This document shows, piece by piece, positions 1 through 7,228 of a DNA stretch of 64,000 nucleotides. Location: assembly GCA_003157015.1 (NCBI GenBank), contig PMIJ01000040.1, positions 1,604-65,603 of the forward strand, in the 5' to 3' direction. The position numbers were made by a program, and so were the translations under genes. Below the pieces are notes generated by a model, which searched no databases, was not told where the DNA came from, and saw only the letters and a program-made list of their open reading frames with translations. Source of the DNA: Bacteroidales bacterium (GTDB taxonomy: Bacteria; Bacteroidota; Bacteroidia; Bacteroidales; VadinHA17). Position 1 is the stretch's first letter, and each line of letters opens with the position of its first letter.

Positions 1-802
1 GTCCCTCAAGTTCAGCAAGATTTTCCGGCCCGTCAACTCTGTGAATTCTGCTATCCGCGCTGCCTGTCCTGTAAAAACTACTTACACCGGGAGAATTTAC
101 AACACCTGATTTTGCTACAGAAACTGACAGGCTTGTCTCAACCGGATTGCCCGCCATATCACTTGCAGAAATCTCCATTCTTATCCTTTCCCTGCTACCA
201 TATACAGGTTTATCAAGTGTGATTTTATAATTAATCACTTTTTTATTATCACCGGCAGAAAATCGTTTTATAATCTGATTACCCTCAATGTCATATATAC
301 TGCCTTGTTGCTGAGCTCCTGCAATTGCATTAACTGAATCGGAACTTTTGTTATCCGGTGGAATTTTAAGATGATCGATACTTTCAAATGGATTGATTAC
401 AGAAATGGTCCGATAGAAAAATTCATCAGTTGAAAAATTTTTCATCCAGTTTGTATAGGCCCGGATCAAATAATTTCCTGAACTTATATTATCGGGCAGA
501 ATGAAACTTGCTGAACCGGAACTTTTTTCGATCTTTACTTTTACCTGTCTTAAAGGGAAGTTGTTTTTGTCGAGTAATTCCAGATAGACCACTTTGCTTA
601 TGTCATCTTGAGTATTAGCGAGCCCGTTCAATGTATAAGCTTTGAACCAGACCTCTTCACCGGAAATATAAATATCGCGATCAGTCCTGACAAAAATCTC
701 TTCTTTAAAATTCCGAATATCAGAATCGCTGGTTTTATCAATTAATTGCTGGGAGTATGATTGGCGGCTGAAAAGAAAAGTGAGAAGAAATAAAATTCTC
801 AT
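1..802 (-). CDS. Secreted protein with MG2/macroglobulin-like N-terminal modules (5' part only; gene runs off the window start)
   Basis: Not in the ORF track because no stop lies in the window. My reverse-complement reading from the ATG at 802..800 stays open to position 1. It begins MRILFLLTFLFSRQSYSQQ (signal peptide), then shows TDRDIYISGEEVWFKAYTL and LDKPVYGSRERIRMEISASD, which resemble MG2-type domain starts. It is on the same strand as the DUF4249-like array and 55 nt downstream of it. Confidence 0.5.
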   Translation of the reverse strand, partial: MRILFLLTFLFSRQSYSQQLIDKTSDSDIRNFKEEIFVRTDRDIYISGEEVWFKAYTLNGLANTQDDISKVVYLELLDKNNFPLRQVKVKIEKSSGSASFILPDNISSGNYLIRAYTNWMKNFSTDEFFYRTISVINPFESIDHLKIPPDNKSSDSVNAIAGAQQQGSIYDIEGNQIIKRFSAGDNKKVINYKITLDKPVYGSRERIRMEISASDMAGNPVETSLSVSVAKSGVVNSPGVSSFYRTGSADSRIHRVDGPENLAELEG

Positions 803-857
803 ATTCAGTTTAGGTATCCGGCCAATCAGATCATAATATTTTTTCAGATTTTGCATA

Positions 858-2090
858 TTATTTAAGATCGATCCAGAAATCTGGTTTGGTTATAGTTCCG
901 GTTATTGTACAATCAGCACATTCAGGTCTGGCAAATACCATCTTTTCAAGATTAAACGTTCCTGCAGAGTACTGAGGTTCAACAAAATAATAATCTGAAG
1001 TTATACAATACATTGAATATAAATCATCCCAGGTAGGGGGAGGCGACTCATATCCATGCGGAATATCAGTCGGATCTTTTACCAGTCGTTCACATTGATA
1101 TTGATAAATAGGCAGATTCATACCCGAAATTTCGCCGAAAGTTATGTTTTTTCTTTTTTGTTTCATACCTGAAACCTGGAAATAACCCAGAACCCTTTCA
1201 GTCGGGTCACTGACATTATGAATATTGCTGAGAACCGTAAATGGTTGTTTAGCGAAGATATCGCCGCCGCTTTCATTTACCTGTTTCAGATTATTCCAAA
1301 AATCGTATTCTTCTTTTGAAATCGAATACTGGCTTACAAGAATGCTATATTGAATGAGCAACCTGTCGGATTGATCGGTTGCAATGAAATTTACGGGCTC
1401 CTTCTTAATTGGGGCAGCCTGACCTGAATAGTTGGAATATATCAATATTTCACTGGATCTTTGACTTTTCCAGCAAAATTCCTTGAGATCAGTAACCGCA
1501 GTAATTGCGCTGTCAGCCATATTAAAATTAAACTTCTTGGGATCCGGCACTTTAAATTTCCAGGTCTCGTTGAAATCCCACCGATAATATTGGTTATTAT
1601 CTCCCTCTTTTGAGTCAAGATAAATTTCTACCCCTTCCTCGGTCTGAGTTTCATTATTGATCACCTGATCATCTTTTGCAAAATAAATGCTGTCAATGTC
1701 GGGAACGGATTGCATCAGACAAGCGTCCGATTCATATTCCACCCCGTCACTGGTCCTTATATGCAAAACATATGTTCTCCCCGGAATGCCATTAAATTGA
1801 GTACTGTCTGTTTTATAGATCCCGTTTCCTCTATTAATCAAATTGCTGTTGCCACCGGCATCATTGGTAATGAATACGATTGCATCAGAAACCAACGACG
1901 GCATAGAATTCTGTACCTGGAATGTTCTGGATAGCTTAACTGTATATGAGGTATTTGCATCTGTAATCAAACCCTCAACAACCAACAGAGAGCTGTACCC
2001 TTTAAGTTGTGGACTATAAGGGTCAATACACGTAGAAAGCAAAAAGAGAGCAAACAAAGCAATAATATATTTATGCTTCACTTTTAACAT
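858..2090 (-). CDS. DUF4249-like lipoprotein, tandem paralog 1
   Basis: 410 aa ORF. Lipoprotein signal ends ...LLSTC-IDPY, followed by LVVEGLITD. Cys-rich C-terminus ends RPECADCTITGTITKPDFWIDLK. Paralogous to the next three genes. The family label is from memory of DUF4249 (lipoprotein linked to CarboxypepD_reg TonB receptors). Confidence 0.85.
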   Translation of the reverse strand: MLKVKHKYIIALFALFLLSTCIDPYSPQLKGYSSLLVVEGLITDANTSYTVKLSRTFQVQNSMPSLVSDAIVFITNDAGGNSNLINRGNGIYKTDSTQFNGIPGRTYVLHIRTSDGVEYESDACLMQSVPDIDSIYFAKDDQVINNETQTEEGVEIYLDSKEGDNNQYYRWDFNETWKFKVPDPKKFNFNMADSAITAVTDLKEFCWKSQRSSEILIYSNYSGQAAPIKKEPVNFIATDQSDRLLIQYSILVSQYSISKEEYDFWNNLKQVNESGGDIFAKQPFTVLSNIHNVSDPTERVLGYFQVSGMKQKRKNITFGEISGMNLPIYQYQCERLVKDPTDIPHGYESPPPTWDDLYSMYCITSDYYFVEPQYSAGTFNLEKMVFARPECADCTITGTITKPDFWIDLK

Positions 2091-2238
2091 GAAGCAGTAG
2101 TTATATGATTATTCATGTCTATTGAACTGTAATTAATAGGGAAACAAAAATAATATTTATTATGTACCCAGTACCATCCAATCAACAAGAATCTGATATA
2201 AAAATGAGAACGCTATTATTTATTGCAAAAACAAATCA

Positions 2239-3483
2239 TTATAGATCTACCCAGAAATCTGGCTTTTTTGAAGTTCCGGTTAATTCGCAATTTGCACACT
2301 CGGGCCTGGCAAAAACCAAATACAACAGAACATCTGACACATTATTATAGATCGGCTCTGTAAAAGTATAATCTAAAGCTATACTCAAATGCCAGTAAAG
2401 GTCGTCCCAGGTCGGAGGTGGGCAGTTTAGACATCCTTGAGGTAGATACAAAAGATCAAGTTTCAATGTATTGCATGGGTATGAATAAAAAGGCAGACCC
2501 ATTAAAGCAACATCTCTGTAAAGTATATATTTTCTTTGTTGCGATACTGCTGACACCTGGAAATAACCTAAAACACGTTCTTTAGGATTATTAATGTTTT
2601 TGATATTGCTGAGAATAGTATATGGTTGTTTTGCGAATATATCACCGCCAATTTCATTTATCTGTTTCAGATTATTCCAGAAATCATATTCATTTTTTGA
2701 AACAGAATATTGCTTTACCAGAATACTGTATTGAAGCAATAACCTGTCTGATTCACCAGTTGCTATAAAAATAACCGGTTGCTTACTTATTTTTTTTGGT
2801 TGCCCCTCACTGATTGATCTTATCAGTATTTCGCCAGATTGGCTGTTCTTCCAGCAGAATTCTTTAACATCAGTAACCGGCATAAAGATGGGATTTTCCG
2901 GATCGGCTGTTTTTATATAATTAAACTTCTTCGGACTTGGTACTTTAAATTTCCATGTCTCCTCATATTCCCAGCGATAATACTGGTTATTATCTCCCTC
3001 TTTTGAATCGAGATAAACACTAATACCATCCTGGGTCTGAGTTTCATTATTGATCACCTGATCATCTTTTGCAAAATAAATGCTGTCAATGTCGGGAACA
3101 GGATTCATCAGGCATGCGGCTGACTCATATTCCGACCCGTCGCTGGTTTTAATATGCAGAACATATGTTCTCCCGGGAATGCCATTAAACCGGGTGCTGT
3201 CTGTTTTATATATCCCGCTTCCCTTGTTAATCAAGATTGTGCTGTTCCCTGCATTATCGGTTATGAATACAGTTGCATCAGAAACCGGGGGAGGAGTTGA
3301 ATTCAGGTCCTGAAATGTTCTTGATAACCTGACGATATATGAACTATTCGCATCAGTAATAAGGCCATCGACTACCAAAAGAGAAGTGTAACCCGAAAGA
3401 TTGGGAGTATACGGATCAATACATGTGCTAAATATAAAAACAAATGCTAAAGCAATTATTGATTTGAGCCTCAGCTTAAACAT
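2239..3483 (-). CDS. DUF4249-like lipoprotein, tandem paralog 2
   Basis: 414 aa ORF. Lipobox ...IFSTC-IDPY. C-terminus RPECANCELTGTSKKPDFWVDL. Closest to paralog 3. Confidence 0.85.
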   Translation of the reverse strand: MFKLRLKSIIALAFVFIFSTCIDPYTPNLSGYTSLLVVDGLITDANSSYIVRLSRTFQDLNSTPPPVSDATVFITDNAGNSTILINKGSGIYKTDSTRFNGIPGRTYVLHIKTSDGSEYESAACLMNPVPDIDSIYFAKDDQVINNETQTQDGISVYLDSKEGDNNQYYRWEYEETWKFKVPSPKKFNYIKTADPENPIFMPVTDVKEFCWKNSQSGEILIRSISEGQPKKISKQPVIFIATGESDRLLLQYSILVKQYSVSKNEYDFWNNLKQINEIGGDIFAKQPYTILSNIKNINNPKERVLGYFQVSAVSQQRKYILYRDVALMGLPFYSYPCNTLKLDLLYLPQGCLNCPPPTWDDLYWHLSIALDYTFTEPIYNNVSDVLLYLVFARPECANCELTGTSKKPDFWVDL

Positions 3484-3620
3484 GTAGCTTGATTTGATTT
3501 ATTTAACATATCATTTGTACTGAAATTGACGCGTAAACTAAAGATAATAATTAATAACTACACCATACTCCTTTCAAAATGACCAGGATATGAGAACTTT
3601 ATTATAAAGGTTAAAACAAA

Positions 3621-4862
3621 TCAGTTCAGATCAACCCAGAAATAAGGTCTTTTCGAAGTTCCGGTTAACTCACAATTTGCACACTCCGGTCTGGTAAATA
3701 CTAATTCCAGAAGAATATCTGAAACTTGATTAAATGTTGGCTCAATAAAAGCATAATCTTCAATTATACACAAATGCCAGTAAACGTCGTCCCAGGTCGG
3801 AGGTGGACACATACACAGGGTTGCAAAATCCATGGGATTATATTCCAATGTTCTGCACGGATAAGAATAAAAAGGCAGACCCATCAAAGCAACATCTCTG
3901 TAAAGTATATTTTTTCTTTGTTGTGATACTGCCGACACCTGGAAATAACCTAAAACACGTTCTTTAGGATTATTTGTACTATGAATATTGCTCAGAACAG
4001 CATAGGGTTGTCTGGCAAATATGTCTCCTCCGGTTTCATTTACCTGTTTCAGACTATTCCAGAAATCAAATTCATTTTTTGAGATAGAGTATTGCTTTAC
4101 CAGAATATTGTATTGAAGCAATAACCTGTCAGATTCACCAGTTGCTATAAAAATAACCGGTTGCTTGCTTATTTTTTTTGGTTGCCCATCACTGATTGAT
4201 CTTATCAGTATTTCATCAGATTGTCTGTTCTTCCAGCAGAATTCCTTAACATCTGCAATTGGCATAAAGATAGGATTGTTGGGATCGGATGTTTTTACAT
4301 AATTAAACTTCTTCGGATCTGATACCTTAAATTTCCAGGTCTCCTCATAAGCCCAGCGATAATACTGATTATTATCTCCCTCTTTTGAATCAAGATAAAT
4401 ACTAATGCCATCCTGGGTCTGTGTTCCATTATTGACCAGCTGCTGATCCTTTGCGAAATATATGCTGTCAATATCCGGAACAGGATTCATCAGGCATGCG
4501 TCCGATTCATATTCCGATCCGTCACTGGTTTTTATGTGCAAAACATATGTTCGCCCTGGAGAGCCATTAAATTGAGTACTGTCTGTTTTATAAATCCCGT
4601 TTCCCCCGTTAATCAAATTATTGTTGTTTCCTGCATCATCAGAAATGAATACAGTTGCATCAGAAACCGGTGGAGGAGTTGAATTCTGGTCCTGAAATGT
4701 TCTTGATAACCTGACGATATATGAACTATTCGCATCAGTAATAAGTCCATCGACTACCAAAAGAGAGGAGTAGCCTGAAAGTTTTGGAGTGTACGGATCA
4801 ATACAGCTGCAAAGTAAAGAGAGAACAACTATAGTAATAATTGATTTGTGCCTCTTTAACAT
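3621..4862 (-). CDS. DUF4249-like lipoprotein, tandem paralog 3
   Basis: The ORF track extends to 4985. The paralog alignment and the signal peptide MLKRHKSIITIVVLSLLCSC-IDPY support the ATG at 4862 instead. The upstream 41 codons align with the non-coding spacers of the other units. Confidence 0.8.
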   Translation of the reverse strand: MLKRHKSIITIVVLSLLCSCIDPYTPKLSGYSSLLVVDGLITDANSSYIVRLSRTFQDQNSTPPPVSDATVFISDDAGNNNNLINGGNGIYKTDSTQFNGSPGRTYVLHIKTSDGSEYESDACLMNPVPDIDSIYFAKDQQLVNNGTQTQDGISIYLDSKEGDNNQYYRWAYEETWKFKVSDPKKFNYVKTSDPNNPIFMPIADVKEFCWKNRQSDEILIRSISDGQPKKISKQPVIFIATGESDRLLLQYNILVKQYSISKNEFDFWNSLKQVNETGGDIFARQPYAVLSNIHSTNNPKERVLGYFQVSAVSQQRKNILYRDVALMGLPFYSYPCRTLEYNPMDFATLCMCPPPTWDDVYWHLCIIEDYAFIEPTFNQVSDILLELVFTRPECANCELTGTSKRPYFWVDLN

Positions 4863-5007
4863 TATGCAGTTGTTATCCTTTTTATTCACGTCAATTGAAC
4901 CGTAATTGACCGGAAAACAAATATAATACTTATTACTTCCTCTAACGGTCAATACAGTAAGAATCTGACACAAATTTGAAAACAATACAATTTAAGGTTA
5001 AAACAAA

Positions 5008-6240
5008 TCAGTTGAGATCAACCCAGAAGTCTGGTTTATTAGAGGTTCCTGTCAATTCACAATCTGCACATTCCGGCGTAGTGAACACCAAGGCTTCAAT
5101 GGCTCCGGTTAAAGAATTGTACTGTGGTTCAATAAAATAATAATTCGATCTTATACAAAAAAGCGAATATAAATCGTCCAATGTGGGTGGAGATCCGCCA
5201 TATCCGGTTGGATAATCATTCGGGTCTTTTACAATCCTTGCACATTGATCATACAGGAAAAAGGGCAGATGCATTTTTGCAAATTCACTGAATGGAATAA
5301 ATAATCTCATTTGTTTTACAGCTGAAACCTGGAAATAACCCAGTACCTGTTCTTTCGAATTGTTGATATTATGGAGATTACTGACTACAGGGAATGGCTG
5401 TGATGCAAATATATCTGCCCCGCTTGCATTAACTTGTTGTAAATTATCCCAAAATTCGTATTCATTTTTTGAAATGGAATACTGCTTTACAAGAATGCTG
5501 TACTCAATCATTAAACGGTCGGACTTATTACTTGCTATAAAAAATATAGGTACATTTTTAATCGGGCCAGTTTCTCCTGAATTAACCGAACGGATTAATA
5601 CTTCATCACTTTTATTGCTTTTCCAGCAAAATTCTTTAACGTTTTTAACCGGAATAACTGTACCTCCGATAAGATAATCATACTTTTTAGGATCCGGCAC
5701 TCTGAATTTCCAGGTCTCTTCATATGACCACCGGTAATATTGATTTTTGTCGCCCGGCTTTGAATCGAGATAGATTCTGATTCCATCCTCGATTTCAGTA
5801 TTGTTGTTTACCAGCTCCTGATCCCTCGCAAAATAAACACTGTCGATGTCAGGAACAGGCTGCATTGCACATGGATCTGAAATATATGTATAGCCTTCCT
5901 GGGTAATAATATGTAATGTATACGCTCTCCCGATGATTCCTATAAATTGGATACTGTCTGTTTTATAAATCCCGTTTCCCCCGTTAATCAAATTATTGTT
6001 GTTTCCTGCATCATCAGTTATGAATACAGTAGCATCAGAAACCCAGGGAGGGATTGAATTCTGGTCCTGAAATGTTCTTGATAACCTGACGATATATGAA
6101 CTATTCGCATCAGTAATAAGTCCATCGACTACCAAAAGAGAGGAGTAGCCTGAAAGTTTTGGAGTGTACGGATCAATACAGGTGCAAAGTATAAAGACTG
6201 TAATTAAAACAACACCAGACTTCAGCCAAGTTCTCTTCAT
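5008..6240 (-). CDS. DUF4249-like lipoprotein, tandem paralog 4
   Basis: 410 aa ORF. Lipobox ...ILCTC-IDPY. The N-terminal ~100 aa are almost identical to paralog 3. The C-terminal Cys-rich part is most like paralog 1. Confidence 0.85.
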   Translation of the reverse strand: MKRTWLKSGVVLITVFILCTCIDPYTPKLSGYSSLLVVDGLITDANSSYIVRLSRTFQDQNSIPPWVSDATVFITDDAGNNNNLINGGNGIYKTDSIQFIGIIGRAYTLHIITQEGYTYISDPCAMQPVPDIDSVYFARDQELVNNNTEIEDGIRIYLDSKPGDKNQYYRWSYEETWKFRVPDPKKYDYLIGGTVIPVKNVKEFCWKSNKSDEVLIRSVNSGETGPIKNVPIFFIASNKSDRLMIEYSILVKQYSISKNEYEFWDNLQQVNASGADIFASQPFPVVSNLHNINNSKEQVLGYFQVSAVKQMRLFIPFSEFAKMHLPFFLYDQCARIVKDPNDYPTGYGGSPPTLDDLYSLFCIRSNYYFIEPQYNSLTGAIEALVFTTPECADCELTGTSNKPDFWVDLN

Positions 6241-6407
6241 TTAACAATTTTTACTAAATTTATAACTTCTTTTGAAACTATGTTATAACCAAACCTGAAT
6301 AAAGCCTAAACAAAAACACAAGTTTCAGCTTTAATAAAGATAATACCGGAATTAAAAATAATAGGGCCAAAAGTATTTCAGATTATAAAAATTTGTTATT
6401 TCGGGAA

Positions 6408-7223
6408 ATGAAATTCGAGTGCTTTGCCTTTAAGTTGAAAATTCTCTTCCTGCTCATTCTTCTTCCATTTGTTCTTCCTTCCCGGGGTCAGAATGGTAAT
6501 CTGTTAAATAATAATTCAATAAATAACTTGGAAAATAGTAATCTGGGGTCTCTTACTAACAGACAGATCAGTTATATAAAAAGCTCATACTCAGAAAAAA
6601 TTGAATCGCGCGGTGAATTTATTAATGGGAAGGAATATGAATCTTATTATGGCCGTAGTATTTATAAACCACTATTATTCCCTGATAAAAAACGCAACTC
6701 TACACTATTTACCCGTACCAGGCGATATAGCAATATGACATTGCAATATGACACTTTCCTGGATGAGGTTATATATACTGATACAAGCAGGACAATAAAT
6801 TACATGTTCCCTCAAATTGCTTTAAATAAAGACATCGTTGAAGGGTTTAATCTTTATCTTGAAAATGACAGCTTAATTTTCAGAAATTTCCGGCTCGCGG
6901 AATCTTCCATGTACAACCTGAAAGAGGGATTTTATGAAATAGCTTACCTTGGGAAGAGCAAGTATGTGATAAAACACACTTCGTCATTTTATGTAAAAGA
7001 CGGGTTAAATGAGTACAAATATTCGCCTGAAAATTATTTTAGTGTCGGTGATGTTTTTTACAGATTAACTGGAAAAAGGAAACTTCTTAAGCTATTCGGA
7101 GAGAAAGCCCATGAAGTTAAAAAGTATATTCATATATCGCGGATAAGGATCAGACAGGCTGATAAAAATCAATTTATCAGTATTTTGAAATTTTACGATT
7201 CCCTGAGTGCTGTCGGAAAATAA
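6408..7223 (+). CDS. Hypothetical secreted protein (no family recognised)
   Basis: The ORF 6393..7223 starts on TTG. The first ATG at 6408 gives MKFECFAFKLKILFLLILLPFVLPSRGQ, a signal peptide. The stop lies 5 nt before the TonB-receptor ATG, so co-transcription is likely. Confidence 0.65.
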   Translation: MKFECFAFKLKILFLLILLPFVLPSRGQNGNLLNNNSINNLENSNLGSLTNRQISYIKSSYSEKIESRGEFINGKEYESYYGRSIYKPLLFPDKKRNSTLFTRTRRYSNMTLQYDTFLDEVIYTDTSRTINYMFPQIALNKDIVEGFNLYLENDSLIFRNFRLAESSMYNLKEGFYEIAYLGKSKYVIKHTSSFYVKDGLNEYKYSPENYFSVGDVFYRLTGKRKLLKLFGEKAHEVKKYIHISRIRIRQADKNQFISILKFYDSLSAVGK

Positions 7224-7228
7224 AGAAG

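Larger units (their letters stand above)
858..6240 (-). repeat. Four-unit tandem duplication; each unit is one gene plus a ~140-nt spacer (about 1.38 kb)
   Basis: Stop codons at 858, 2239, 3621 and 5008, giving offsets of 1381, 1382 and 1387 nt. The spacers are also alignable: 'aaggttaaaacaaatcagtt' occurs at 3607-3626 and again at 4994-5013. Confidence 0.9.

Noticed and set aside
4863-4985. 41-codon N-terminal extension of DUF4249-like paralog 3
   Set aside because: This stretch aligns with the non-coding spacers of the other repeat units. The lipoprotein signal peptide starts at the ATG at 4862, as in the paralogs.
858-6392. DUF4249-like array as an invertase-driven shufflon or phase-variation cassette
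   Set aside because: There is no recombinase or invertase gene, and I saw no flanking inverted repeats. All four copies have intact starts, signal peptides and stops, so they look like expressed paralogs rather than silent cassettes.
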